Shown here in pieces: positions 18,805-28,702 of a DNA stretch of 64,000 nt (positions are counted from its first letter, which is position 1; each line of letters begins with the position of its first letter). The translations under genes were made by a program, and so were the position numbers. This stretch comes from Rickettsiaceae bacterium. GTDB lineage: Bacteria > Pseudomonadota > Alphaproteobacteria > Rickettsiales > Rickettsiaceae. Location: the NCBI GenBank assembly GCA_033761815.1, contig JANRMF010000070.1, forward strand, positions 1,304 through 65,303. The letters are read 5' to 3'. Below the pieces are notes generated by a model. That model made no database searches and was not told the origin of the DNA. It saw nothing but the letters and a program-made list of their open reading frames with translations.

Positions 18805-18950
18805 TAGGTTCTGATTCATTCCTATCTAATAGGTAATTTAGTCGTTATTTTGTCTCCTACAATACGTATGCATACTTCATACAACTTGCGTTTTTGCGGG
18901 CGAAAATGCCTATAAATTCCTCTATTACATAGAAATCTACACAGAACCTA
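18805..18950. mobile_element. MITE-like palindromic element, family A copy 1 (TA-flanked)
   Basis: TA-GGTTCTG...CAGAACC-TA termini and long internal inverted symmetry. A second copy lies at 46855-46997. Confidence 0.7.
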
Positions 18951-18960
18951 GTAAGATATT

Positions 18961-19779
18961 TTACCTAGCTAGAACATATACGAATACGAACAAAAAGAGC
19001 CAGACCACATCCACAAAGTGCCAGTACCAAGCAGCAAATTCAACTCCTAGATGCGCATTTCCTTTATCGAAATGCCCGAGTCTTGCTCTAAAAAAGCATA
19101 CAGCAAGAAATATTGTCCCCACAATTACGTGGAGCCCATGGAAGCCAGTAGCCAGGTAAAAATTAGATGGGTAAATGCCGTCTATTAGCTTAAAATGGGC
19201 GTGGTGATATTCATATGCTTGAAATAATGTAAAAACTACACCAAGGCATACTGAAAGACCAAGCGCTGTTACTAGCTCATCTCTTTTATTATCTTCTAAT
19301 GCATAATGAGCCCAGGTGACTGTTGTACCAGAGAGAAGAAGAATGAGAGTATTAATAAAAGGAATATCCCATGGGTCAAATGTATGAATTCCTTTTGGGG
19401 GCCACGAGCTCTGCCCTTCTGGCCAGAAATCTCTCAAAAGCATCACAGGATCTAGCCACGCCCTAAAAAAGGACCAAAAAAACGTGAAGAAAAAGGCTAT
19501 TTCAGATAGAATAAAGAGCGCAACGGCTATTCTGAGGCCGTGTTTGACTACTTCTGTGTGAGCTTTATCAACTCTTGCTTCTTTTATTACATCTTTCCAC
19601 CAGCACCAAAGAGTTAGTATTAATGTGATAAACCCTAGCGGGGAGAAGATATACCCTATATGGTGATTATGGAATATCAGAGCTATTCCCAGTACAAAAA
19701 ACATAAGGCCAAAAGAGAGTGTTATTGGCCAAGGGCTTGGCTCTAGAATGTGAAAATCATGATTTTGCTTAGTTCCCAT
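18961..19779 (-). CDS. ctaE: Cytochrome c oxidase subunit III
   Basis: MGTKQNHDFHILEPSPWP N-terminus and seven TM helices. The tracked ORF extends to 19851, but the conserved start is at 19779. Confidence 0.85.
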   Translation of the reverse strand: MGTKQNHDFHILEPSPWPITLSFGLMFFVLGIALIFHNHHIGYIFSPLGFITLILTLWCWWKDVIKEARVDKAHTEVVKHGLRIAVALFILSEIAFFFTFFWSFFRAWLDPVMLLRDFWPEGQSSWPPKGIHTFDPWDIPFINTLILLLSGTTVTWAHYALEDNKRDELVTALGLSVCLGVVFTLFQAYEYHHAHFKLIDGIYPSNFYLATGFHGLHVIVGTIFLAVCFFRARLGHFDKGNAHLGVEFAAWYWHFVDVVWLFLFVFVYVLAR

Positions 19780-20062
19780 ATTAACTCCAAATAATTTGTC
19801 ATAGTTTTGAAAGCTCTTTTCATAATATAGCCCCGTTTTTGCTATCAGCAAATTTTATACTTATATCTTCGCTTTAAATCAAGGATTCCTCGCTTTCAGA
19901 GTACCTTTTGCTACGATATAAACTAATTTAAATTTTAAATTTACAATACTCTTTCACCATGGGTAATTTTATGCACTATAAATTTGACAAATACTATAAT
20001 ATTCTTAATAGAAAAGAATTATATTACTAATGGTAAAATAAAATTACAATATTTTCAAGAGA

Positions 20063-20596
20063 TTATTTGATTTCTCTTATTTTAAAAAAACTATAAGATA
20101 ATGTTATAGTATTAACATCACTCATATCTGGGTCATTATCAAACTCTGCGTCAATAAAGAATGAAACAGGCATAAGAACAAGCTTTTGGGGCTCTAGTAA
20201 CTGTTCTTGAAAGCAAAAACACTCTATTTTATTGAAGTATTTGCCCGCCTTTTGAGGTGTGACATTATAAACAGCAGTTCCGACTATCGGCACCTCATCC
20301 AAATTGATCGCTTCGTAAAAAACTAGGTTATTTTCCCCGGTGATGATTCTAACTTCCTTTTGCTTTGGGTAAAAATTCCACCTTAAGCCAGGCTCGGTAT
20401 TACCATCGAATCTGACTACTAAAATTTTAGTACCTTTTTTGTTAGACCCCCTATCTGAGACTGAAACTGTACCACCTGTACCAGTTGTTTTACAAAAAAC
20501 ATTATATATGGGGCTAGATGCAAAACTTAGAAAAATCATCCCTATAATCAAGAAAATGAGGGACTTAACAAGCCCCTGTACATCTTTACTTACCAC
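20063..20596 (-). CDS. ctaG: Cytochrome c oxidase assembly protein CtaG/Cox11
   Basis: N-terminal TM helix and the copper-binding CFCF motif (IECFCFQEQ). Confidence 0.85.
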   Translation of the reverse strand: MVSKDVQGLVKSLIFLIIGMIFLSFASSPIYNVFCKTTGTGGTVSVSDRGSNKKGTKILVVRFDGNTEPGLRWNFYPKQKEVRIITGENNLVFYEAINLDEVPIVGTAVYNVTPQKAGKYFNKIECFCFQEQLLEPQKLVLMPVSFFIDAEFDNDPDMSDVNTITLSYSFFKIREIK

Positions 20597-20705
20597 TAAG
20601 CTTGACCAAAGTTGAAATAAAAAAGACGATCACTAAGGAGCTTAGGCACATTAGCACGAAATAGTTCTTCATTTTTTGCTTTTTATATAAAGGGTCTTTT
20701 GACAT
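20586..20705 (-). CDS. Possible 39-aa single-TM peptide overlapping the ctaG start
   Basis: MSKDPLYKKQKMKNYFVLMCLSSLVIVFFISTLVKLSGK, with an 11-nt overlap with ctaG. It is below the ORF-track size cut-off, and I translated it by hand. Confidence 0.25.
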   Translation of the reverse strand: MSKDPLYKKQKMKNYFVLMCLSSLVIVFFISTLVKLSGK

Positions 20706-20752
20706 ATAAATTTACTGTTTTAATCTAGCTATCTACCAGTTTCTTAAGACTA

Positions 20753-21556
20753 CTATTTATAGTGAAAATAAACAATATTTTTTCCAGGGGGTAAAATAGA
20801 GTTTACCACAGGCTCAAGTTGTCTTGGGTTTTCTTGCTTTGCTACGGAAATAATTGTGCGGTGCATTAAGCATAAATTCGTCATCTCCTCTTTTAGATTG
20901 CGCTCTAGTTTTGAGGCGAGTGGCACAAGAACAAGATATGCAAGAATAGCTCCATATAAAGTTGTTAGAAGCGCAAGAGATAGCCCTTCCCCGATCAAAT
21001 TTATATCTTGAATGGCAGAAAGCATTTGCACAAGCCCAACAATCGTTCCTATAAGTCCGTAAGCAGGGGCAAGTTCAGCTCCTCTTCTTATAAGCTGTAT
21101 TACTGTTGTTTGTTCTTCATGGTGAGAGTAAATCTCTTGACTAATTAGCTTATCTATAAGCTCAATTTTTTCGTTATCAACTACATATTCAAGCCACTTG
21201 ATAAAAGTTTTGTGATATAAAGGCATAGAGGTTAGTTTTTTGCCAATAGAGTTTATCCCGCTTTTATAGCATAGCTCGGCAGATTTTAAGCAAAGCCTTG
21301 CAACTTCAGATGGGTTAGCAGGAGATTTGACAAGTAAGTCAGATATGGTCCGAAAGGCGTTTCCTACATCCCGAAAAGAAAAACAAGCGCAGGATATCGC
21401 AACTGTAGAGCCGAATACGATCAGCATTGATGGTGCATTTAAGTACAAGCTTATACTACTTGATGACATCATTATGCTTGATGCAAAAAAGCAAATAGCA
21501 AGCCCCATTCCCGATAAAGTCGAAAAATCGACTTTTTTCATTTCGTATTTTTTCAT
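20753..21556 (-). CDS. motA: Flagellar stator protein MotA (MotA/TolQ/ExbB family)
   Basis: LALLTTLYGAILAYLVLVPLASKL channel motif. 4-nt overlap with the fliN stop. Confidence 0.65.
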   Translation of the reverse strand: MKKYEMKKVDFSTLSGMGLAICFFASSIMMSSSSISLYLNAPSMLIVFGSTVAISCACFSFRDVGNAFRTISDLLVKSPANPSEVARLCLKSAELCYKSGINSIGKKLTSMPLYHKTFIKWLEYVVDNEKIELIDKLISQEIYSHHEEQTTVIQLIRRGAELAPAYGLIGTIVGLVQMLSAIQDINLIGEGLSLALLTTLYGAILAYLVLVPLASKLERNLKEEMTNLCLMHRTIISVAKQENPRQLEPVVNSILPPGKNIVYFHYK

Positions 21557-21822
21557 CTTGCTTCTTTTTCTATTGCAACTATTTCTGTCAAGGTGACGCC
21601 GATTTTGTTCTCAACTACAACAATCTCTCCCTTTGCAACAAGCTTGCTATTCACAAAAACATCTACCGGCTCACCAACATTTCTATCAAGCTCAATCACA
21701 GCGCCTCTTCCTAGCTTAAGTAAATTACTTAGCTGAATTGAGGTTTTGCCTAGTAATATTGAAACCTGAACAGGAACATCATATAAAGCTTCCAGAGTTA
21801 AATTTTGATCTTCTGTGGACAT
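21553..21822 (-). CDS. fliN: Flagellar motor switch protein FliN (SpoA domain only)
   Basis: 89 aa, with LGRGAVIELD...PVDVFVNSKLVAKGEIVVVENKIGV. Confidence 0.75.
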   Translation of the reverse strand: MSTEDQNLTLEALYDVPVQVSILLGKTSIQLSNLLKLGRGAVIELDRNVGEPVDVFVNSKLVAKGEIVVVENKIGVTLTEIVAIEKEAR

Positions 21823-21839
21823 ATTTTTTACCTATTTAT

Positions 21840-22592
21840 TTAACTATCTTGTTTAAATTGTTTAATTATCTCGCTAACCTCATTTTGTATCATAGCAACA
21901 TCATATACAAGCTTTGTATCTTGATATTCCAATATACAATCCTTTGGAGATATATTCAGATCTGGTATTACTTCAATATTAGCAATTTTCAAAGACAATT
22001 CATCATTTTTGATAATTTTTTCTACTAGCTGCACGTTTTCTGGTCCCACTTTGAATATGACCTTGCCTTCTTTGTAACTAGAATCAATTATCGTTTTTAA
22101 TTGCGTTTTTACAATAGAGTTAAAATCAGATGAAAAATTTGTCATTAATTTTGCGGATAATTCCTCCAAAAAAATGCCAATTAGATCAACATAATCGGAA
22201 TCAACACTTTTGACCGGAAGAATCTCGTTTATTTTTGTAATTAAAATTTGGATAAATTCATTTGCGGACTCATCCTTTTTTATATTCTCTTCTAGTATAT
22301 TTTTTGCCTCAATTTGACCCTCGCTCCTCCCTTGGTTAAAAGATTCGGCTTTGATTTTATCAAGCTCTTCCTGCGTTAGAGTGATTGGTATAACGTCAGG
22401 CTCTTTTGGGGCTTCTGTTTGTTCCGTAGGAGTTTCTGTGTTTTCTTGTGGCTTATTATCTACCATGCTCGCAAAATGATCTATAACCATTTGATTCACA
22501 GAATCAGATTCATTGCTATCCTTTCCAGAAGATGAGCTATTTATTACTAGAGAATCTGGTGTGAATTCCCTGAATTCGAATTTTTTTGCCAT
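21840..22592 (-). CDS. fliH: Flagellar assembly protein FliH
   Basis: Its position between fliG and fliN, a central charged helix (EELDKIKAESFNQGRSEGQIEAK), and a FliH-like C-terminal domain. Confidence 0.5.
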   Translation of the reverse strand: MAKKFEFREFTPDSLVINSSSSGKDSNESDSVNQMVIDHFASMVDNKPQENTETPTEQTEAPKEPDVIPITLTQEELDKIKAESFNQGRSEGQIEAKNILEENIKKDESANEFIQILITKINEILPVKSVDSDYVDLIGIFLEELSAKLMTNFSSDFNSIVKTQLKTIIDSSYKEGKVIFKVGPENVQLVEKIIKNDELSLKIANIEVIPDLNISPKDCILEYQDTKLVYDVAMIQNEVSEIIKQFKQDS

Positions 22593-22627
22593 TAGATTAA
22601 TGTTTTAAATTTTTAAACTATTTTCTA

Positions 22628-23641
22628 TTAAATATACTCATCCCCTTCACCATCAGAAATTGAGATTTCGCCTTTATTTAATAATTCCTTGGTTGTTGAT
22701 ATAATCTCCGCCTGGGCATCATCAACATCTCGCACCCTTATAGGCCCAAGCGAATCTAGCTCCTCTTGAACTATACGTGCAGCTCTTTGGGACATATTTG
22801 AAAGAAATAGCTCCTTGAGCTTATCTGAGCTACCTTTGAGGGCAATTGTAAGCTTAGATTTATCAATAGTGCGAAGCAATAGCTGAACTCCTGCAGGTTC
22901 AAGTTTAATGAGATCTTCGAATGTGAACATGAGATTTTTGATTTTTTCTGCATCTTCAGGTGCTTTAGACTCAAGTAAACTCATAAACTTACCTTCGCTA
23001 TTTCTATCTAAATTATTGAATATGTCAGCCATGAGCTCGAAACTATCTCTCTTATGAGTCTTGGAAATGGTGCTGATGAATTCTGCTCTTAATATTTTCT
23101 CAACCCTGTCTAATACATCTTTTTTAACAGAGCCCATGCTTAGCATTCTGACTATAACCTCAAATGCAAATTGTTCGGGTAAATTACTAAGAACTTTAGA
23201 TGAATGTTCCGGAGACATTTTTGAAAGCACGAGAGCTGCTGTTTGTGGATGCTCGTTTCTAAGGTAAGTAGCAAGCATCTCCTCGTTCACATTCCCTAGT
23301 TTTTCCCAGGTATTTTTTCCTTGCGGACCTTGGATCTCCTCCATCAACGCATCAACCCTGTGTTTATCCAAAACTCTTTCTAGGAGTTTTTGTGTGGTTT
23401 CTAAGCTTCCGAAATAGTTATTATCCCCAGAGAAAAATGTAAGAAATTGCTGCAAAATCTTTTCTACAACCTCAGGACTCACGGCTCCAAGATGAGACAT
23501 TGAGTGGGAAATTTCCCGAATTTCCTCCTCGGACATCATAGAGAGGATTTTTGTAGCATTTTGCTCAGACATAGATAGAAGAACTATCGCTGCTTTTTGA
23601 ACGCCTTTTAATTTTGCTATATCTTTGGTATCTACGGCCAT
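22628..23641 (-). CDS. fliG: Flagellar motor switch protein FliG
   Basis: Start 1 nt from the fliF stop, GVQKAAIVLLSM N-terminus, MFTFEDL motif, and RAARIVQEELD C-terminal charged helix. Confidence 0.85.
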   Translation of the reverse strand: MAVDTKDIAKLKGVQKAAIVLLSMSEQNATKILSMMSEEEIREISHSMSHLGAVSPEVVEKILQQFLTFFSGDNNYFGSLETTQKLLERVLDKHRVDALMEEIQGPQGKNTWEKLGNVNEEMLATYLRNEHPQTAALVLSKMSPEHSSKVLSNLPEQFAFEVIVRMLSMGSVKKDVLDRVEKILRAEFISTISKTHKRDSFELMADIFNNLDRNSEGKFMSLLESKAPEDAEKIKNLMFTFEDLIKLEPAGVQLLLRTIDKSKLTIALKGSSDKLKELFLSNMSQRAARIVQEELDSLGPIRVRDVDDAQAEIISTTKELLNKGEISISDGEGDEYI

Positions 23642-23642
23642 A

Positions 23643-25256
23643 TTAACCCTCCTCGCTTAACCAGCGTTTTAGAACTCCCACTGTCTCTTGAGAGCTTTGT
23701 TCTGCTATGTCATTTATTCTAACAATTGTAGAATTAGATGACATATTATTTTTAGATATTTGGAGTATAACATCTTCAGTAGCGCTCCCAGGCTCAACTG
23801 CATTTACATCACCAGAAATATTTACTCCAATATCCGTCGCAAGTTGAGTATCTGCCTTTTTAATATCAAACGCTTTGAGGGCTATTGGCCTTACAACCGT
23901 TATGAAAATACCCATAATCACTACTGATACTACTATAGTTTGTATCATTGACGGAAGTTGCTCTTTTAGCCAGTTTTTAATGTTTTCGTCTTCAAGTTCA
24001 GTATCTTCCCTTGCAAACTGCATATTAATTACCTGGACCTGATCCTTCCTTGTTTCATTATAACCTACAGCTACCTTGACAATATTCTCAATTTTATCAA
24101 GCTCATCTTTCGTGCGCGGTACATAAATATCTTTTTCACCTTTAGGGTCAGGAACGTATGTACCATCTACCATAACGGCTACATGTAATTTTTGAATTGC
24201 ACCTGAGTCTCTGATTTGGCTTGTTATGGTTTTAGAAATCTCATAGTTTTTGGTGTCATCTATCTTGCTCATAGTTGCAAAATTCCCGCCTTCGGAGCTT
24301 CCTTGTGCGCCTCCTGGAATGTTATTTGCAACAGAAACATCACTAGAATCTTCCCCGCCTGTTGGAGTTTTCTCTTTTTCCTCAGAAGTTTGCTGAGACC
24401 TAAGAACCGCTCCCTCTGGGTCATATACTTCACTATTAGAAACAATGCGGTCAAAATTCATTTCAAGATTAACCTGGGCTTTTACCTTTCCTGATCCCAG
24501 GGTTCTTTCTAGTAATTCTTCAATTGTTCTTTTGAACTTGGTTTCAAGAAGCGCTCTTCTTTCGTCATTTTGACTACCATTATACGAGCCATTATTTTCA
24601 TCTTTATTTCCGAGTTTGAGGGATTTTCCCTTAGAGTCAATTATTGTTATATTATCCACTTCAAGCTCAGGCACAGATGATGCAACTAAATGGCTAATAG
24701 AGTCAATCTCTGGTTTTGACATAACTTTACCACCTTTGAGCCTTAAGACAACAGATGCCCTCGGCTCTTGCCTTTCTTTGGAGAATATCTCTTTCCTTGG
24801 TATTACAAGATGAACTCTTGCTTTTTCAACTTGATCTAAACTTTCAATCGTTCTTGTGAGCTCTCCTTCTAGCGCTCTTAGCATTTTTACATTCTGTAGA
24901 AAACTTGTGCTACCCAGACTTTCTTCTTTGTCAAAAATTTCATAGCCTATTATGGAACCTTTTCCTGGGATTCCCTCCTGAGCCATCGCAATTCTGAGTC
25001 TTAACACCTCACTTTTTGGAGCCTTAATTGTAGTCCCCCCAGCAACAATTTCATAAGCGATGCCCTTAGACTCCAGCTCTTGTACAATCTTATTGCTATC
25101 TTGTAATTCTAGGTCCGAAAATAACACCACCATTTCACTTGATGAAACGCGGTAGAGAAAAAACCCAAACAATATAAGAAATAACAAAGAACCAAATCCC
25201 GCTATTGCTAGCTTTACAGGGCCCAGTTCCTTTAAAAATTGCAAAATAACTGACAT
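23643..25256 (-). CDS. fliF: Flagellar MS-ring protein FliF
   Basis: N-terminal TM helix, YscJ/FliF ring-building region (ARVHLVIP...), a second TM helix near the C-terminus, and fliG coupling. Confidence 0.85.
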   Translation of the reverse strand: MSVILQFLKELGPVKLAIAGFGSLLFLILFGFFLYRVSSSEMVVLFSDLELQDSNKIVQELESKGIAYEIVAGGTTIKAPKSEVLRLRIAMAQEGIPGKGSIIGYEIFDKEESLGSTSFLQNVKMLRALEGELTRTIESLDQVEKARVHLVIPRKEIFSKERQEPRASVVLRLKGGKVMSKPEIDSISHLVASSVPELEVDNITIIDSKGKSLKLGNKDENNGSYNGSQNDERRALLETKFKRTIEELLERTLGSGKVKAQVNLEMNFDRIVSNSEVYDPEGAVLRSQQTSEEKEKTPTGGEDSSDVSVANNIPGGAQGSSEGGNFATMSKIDDTKNYEISKTITSQIRDSGAIQKLHVAVMVDGTYVPDPKGEKDIYVPRTKDELDKIENIVKVAVGYNETRKDQVQVINMQFAREDTELEDENIKNWLKEQLPSMIQTIVVSVVIMGIFITVVRPIALKAFDIKKADTQLATDIGVNISGDVNAVEPGSATEDVILQISKNNMSSNSTIVRINDIAEQSSQETVGVLKRWLSEEG

Positions 25257-25305
25257 TTACTCATCCATTAAATTAAAAAATATACAAAGCTTTCAAACAC
25301 AGAAT

Positions 25306-27978
25306 CTATTTGGCAGAATAGAGATTTTTCACCACCCTTCTAAGGATGTTTCCGTGCTTTAAATATTCAATTTCATTCTCGGTTTGAATCATAGCTGTTA
25401 CATCAAGCGATACCTCAGATCCGTTAGATTTTTTGATAACACATTTGAGTTTGGGCATAATTTTCATATCATCGTTAACCCCGAGAATATCAACTATTTC
25501 AGTACCATCTAGAGCCTCAATTGTAGCCCTATTTTCAGGGGAGATAATAAGAGGGAGAACGCCCATTCCGACTAAGTTTGACCTATGAATTCTCTCAAAA
25601 CTCTCTGCGATTACAGCTTTCACCCCCAGTAAGAAGGTGCCTTTCGCTGCCCAGTCTCTGGAAGATCCAGTCCCATATTCCTTACCCGCAAAAATCACAA
25701 GAGGAGTATTTTGCGAAATATATTTCATAGAAGCGTCAAAAATGGTCATTTGCTCACCTGATGGGAAAAATTTAGTCAAACCACCTTCGACTCCGCCAAG
25801 CATTTTGTTTTTTATGCGAATATTTGCAAAAGTACCACGCATCATAACTTCATGGTTTCCTCTCCGGGAGCCATATGAGTTGAAATCTTTATTTTCAACG
25901 CCTCTCTCATTTAAGTATTTTGCAGCGGGGCTTGTTTTTGAAATGCTAGATGCAGGAGAGATATGATCGGTTGTTATTGAATCTCCGAATAAAGCTAGAA
26001 TCCTTGCATTATTGATGTTAACAAGCGGCTTATTTTCAATTGTGAAATTCTCAAAATATGGAGGGTTTTTGATGAAGGTGCTTTTTTCATCCCAGTTATA
26101 TATCTGACCTGTTTCCACTTTAATATCCTTCCAATAAGAGTTACCAGAATAAACATTATCATATACAGATTTGTACATCTCTTTGCTTACGTTAGATTTC
26201 ACTATTGCATCAATTTCTTCATCCTGAGGCCATATATCTTTTAAATATACATTATTGCCATTTTTATCCTTTCCTATCGGGTCTTTTGTTAAATCTAGCT
26301 TGGTTGTTCCGGCAATAGCATAAGCAACAACAAGAGGGGGTGAGGCGAGATAGTTCGCCCTAACTAGCGGGTGAATCCTACCCTCAAAATTTCTATTCCC
26401 AGATAAAACAGATGCAACAAGGAGTTTATTATCATTAATTAAACCCTCAATTTCTGGGTGAAGTGGGCCGGAATTTCCAATACATGTTGTGCATCCATAT
26501 CCAACTAAGTTAAATTTGAGTTTATCAAGATATTCAGATAGACCAGACTTCTTTAGATAATCAGTTACAACAAGAGATCCCGGTGCAAGTGAAGCTTTCA
26601 CCCATTTTTTTGTCTCAAGCCCGAGCTCTACCGCTTTTTTCGCAAGTAAACCAGCTGCAACTAATACATAAGGGTTCGAAGTGTTGGTACAACTTGTTAT
26701 AGCGGCTATGACAACATCTCCATGAGCAAGATCAAAACCACCACTTGAGCTGAATCTTTTTGTTTTATTCTCAGCGTTTGATTCATATGCATCAATTTCA
26801 GCAAGAATGCTAGATTGCACATTTGGAAGAACAACCCTATCTTGCGGTCTTTTTGGCCCGGCTAGAGATGGCTGAATGGTCGATAAATCAACTTCAATTT
26901 TATCAGAATATACTATCTTATCATTCACGTTAAACCAAAGCTTTTGGTGCTTGCAATAATCTTCAGTCAGGGAGATAACATCATCACTTCTTGATGTTAG
27001 CTTTAAATAATCAACGGTTTTTTCGTCTACCGGGAAGAATCCACATGTAGAGCCATATTCAGGGGACATATTCCCAATTGTCGCTCTGTGAGCTAGTGGA
27101 AGAGAGCTAAGACCGCTTCCGAAATATTCAACAAACTTCCCAACAACACCTTTTTTCCTTAGAGCCTCTGTTATAGTTAGAACTAAGTCAGTTGCAGTAA
27201 CTCCTTTTTGCAATGCGCCCTTAAGCTCAACCCCAATAACTTCAGGAATTTGCATTGGTAGGGGCTGGCCAAGCATAGCCGCCTCAGCTTCGATTCCTCC
27301 TACTCCCCATCCAAGAACGCCAAGCCCATTTACCATGGTTGTGTGACTATCTGTTCCGACTAAGGTATCAGGATATGCATATACTTCTCCCTCTTTTTCA
27401 GAGCTCCATACAACACGAGCTATATACTCTAAATTGACCTGGTGGCAAATTCCAGTTCCAGGAGGAACTACTTTAAAGTTTTTAAAAGCATTTTGTGCCC
27501 ATTTGAAGAACTTATAGCGCTCAATATTTTGGTCAAATTCTTCCTTTGCGTTTTTATCGTGAGCATCAGCTGTTCCCGAATATACAACGTTTACGGAATG
27601 GTCTACTACAACATCAACAGGAATTAGCGGGTTAATTTTCTCAGGATTTCCCCCAAGCTTATGCATCGCATCTCTCATTGCAGCAAGGTCAACCACAGCA
27701 GGAACGCCAGTGAAATCTTGCATCAAAACCCTTGCTGGCCAAAAATCTATCTCTCTACTCTCATCACTTTGTTTGCCCAAATGGCTAAACACTTTTAAAT
27801 CCTCTTTGGTTGCACCGCCTCTTACGGCATTTTCTAGCAATACTCTAAGAGAGTAGGGGATGGTGGTTAAGTCGAGCCCTAAAGATTGTGCTACCAAATT
27901 TAAATCATAGATCGCAAAACTTTTGCCACCGCTTGTGATTTTTACCTTAAATTCTGAATTATTATTTTGTTGTGCCAT
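25306..27978 (-). CDS. acnA: Aconitate hydratase A
   Basis: 890 aa, with GTDSHTTM, CTNTSNP and CTTCIGNSG Fe-S ligand motifs. Confidence 0.9.
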   Translation of the reverse strand: MAQQNNNSEFKVKITSGGKSFAIYDLNLVAQSLGLDLTTIPYSLRVLLENAVRGGATKEDLKVFSHLGKQSDESREIDFWPARVLMQDFTGVPAVVDLAAMRDAMHKLGGNPEKINPLIPVDVVVDHSVNVVYSGTADAHDKNAKEEFDQNIERYKFFKWAQNAFKNFKVVPPGTGICHQVNLEYIARVVWSSEKEGEVYAYPDTLVGTDSHTTMVNGLGVLGWGVGGIEAEAAMLGQPLPMQIPEVIGVELKGALQKGVTATDLVLTITEALRKKGVVGKFVEYFGSGLSSLPLAHRATIGNMSPEYGSTCGFFPVDEKTVDYLKLTSRSDDVISLTEDYCKHQKLWFNVNDKIVYSDKIEVDLSTIQPSLAGPKRPQDRVVLPNVQSSILAEIDAYESNAENKTKRFSSSGGFDLAHGDVVIAAITSCTNTSNPYVLVAAGLLAKKAVELGLETKKWVKASLAPGSLVVTDYLKKSGLSEYLDKLKFNLVGYGCTTCIGNSGPLHPEIEGLINDNKLLVASVLSGNRNFEGRIHPLVRANYLASPPLVVAYAIAGTTKLDLTKDPIGKDKNGNNVYLKDIWPQDEEIDAIVKSNVSKEMYKSVYDNVYSGNSYWKDIKVETGQIYNWDEKSTFIKNPPYFENFTIENKPLVNINNARILALFGDSITTDHISPASSISKTSPAAKYLNERGVENKDFNSYGSRRGNHEVMMRGTFANIRIKNKMLGGVEGGLTKFFPSGEQMTIFDASMKYISQNTPLVIFAGKEYGTGSSRDWAAKGTFLLGVKAVIAESFERIHRSNLVGMGVLPLIISPENRATIEALDGTEIVDILGVNDDMKIMPKLKCVIKKSNGSEVSLDVTAMIQTENEIEYLKHGNILRRVVKNLYSAK

Positions 27979-28088
27979 AGTATATCCGTTATATAATATT
28001 TTTATTACCAGCTAGAAGATATGAAAAATTTTACTAAGTAAAGAATTTTATCTCCTATGATGAAGAAATTATCGAATTATAATCCAAT

Positions 28089-28691
28089 ATGTTGTCTTTA
28101 AATAATATCACCATAGAAACCTGGAATAAAAAACTCATTTCTGATTTAAGCTTTAATATGGCGCCAGGTAGTATCACTTATGTTACAGGTCCTAATGGAT
28201 CGGGAAAAACCAGCCTTCTAAAAATCATAGCAAATTTAAAAAAACCAGCATCTGGGTATGTATCTATTTATGATCACAAGCTAGAGGAGCTTGAAAAACC
28301 ATATTGTCTCTTAATAGGCCATGAGTTTGGTATTGACCCTGATATGAAAATCAGAGACCAAATCCGCTTTTGGGCTTCTAGTTATAATTCAGAAGCTATG
28401 ATTCCACCTGCGATTGAATATTGGGGTATTGCAAACTTGCTTGACCATGATATTTCAGCTTTATCAAAAGGCATGGCAAAAAAAATAGCTCTCAGCAAAC
28501 TCACTCTTTGTCACTCAGAAATATGGCTCCTTGATGAGGCAGAGACAAATCTTGATGAGCAGAACTTAAGACTTCTCCACAACCTTATAAAAACAAAAGC
28601 AAATGCAGGTGGTATTATTGTTATGACCACACACCTTGAGAGAAAAATTGACTCATCTCAGACTTTGGATCTTAAATTATTCACTCCATAA
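28089..28691 (+). CDS. ccmA: Heme exporter ATP-binding protein CcmA
   Basis: Walker A GPNGSGKTS, an LSKGM signature-like motif, Walker B WLLDE, followed by ccmB. Confidence 0.75.
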   Translation: MLSLNNITIETWNKKLISDLSFNMAPGSITYVTGPNGSGKTSLLKIIANLKKPASGYVSIYDHKLEELEKPYCLLIGHEFGIDPDMKIRDQIRFWASSYNSEAMIPPAIEYWGIANLLDHDISALSKGMAKKIALSKLTLCHSEIWLLDEAETNLDEQNLRLLHNLIKTKANAGGIIVMTTHLERKIDSSQTLDLKLFTP

Positions 28692-28702
28692 CGAATATAA
28701 AT

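Noticed and set aside
20586-20705. Whether the 39-aa TM peptide after motA is a remnant of motB.
   Set aside because: It lacks the conserved Asp-containing MotB TM motif and any OmpA-like region. Its overlap with the ctaG start ties it to the cta cluster instead.
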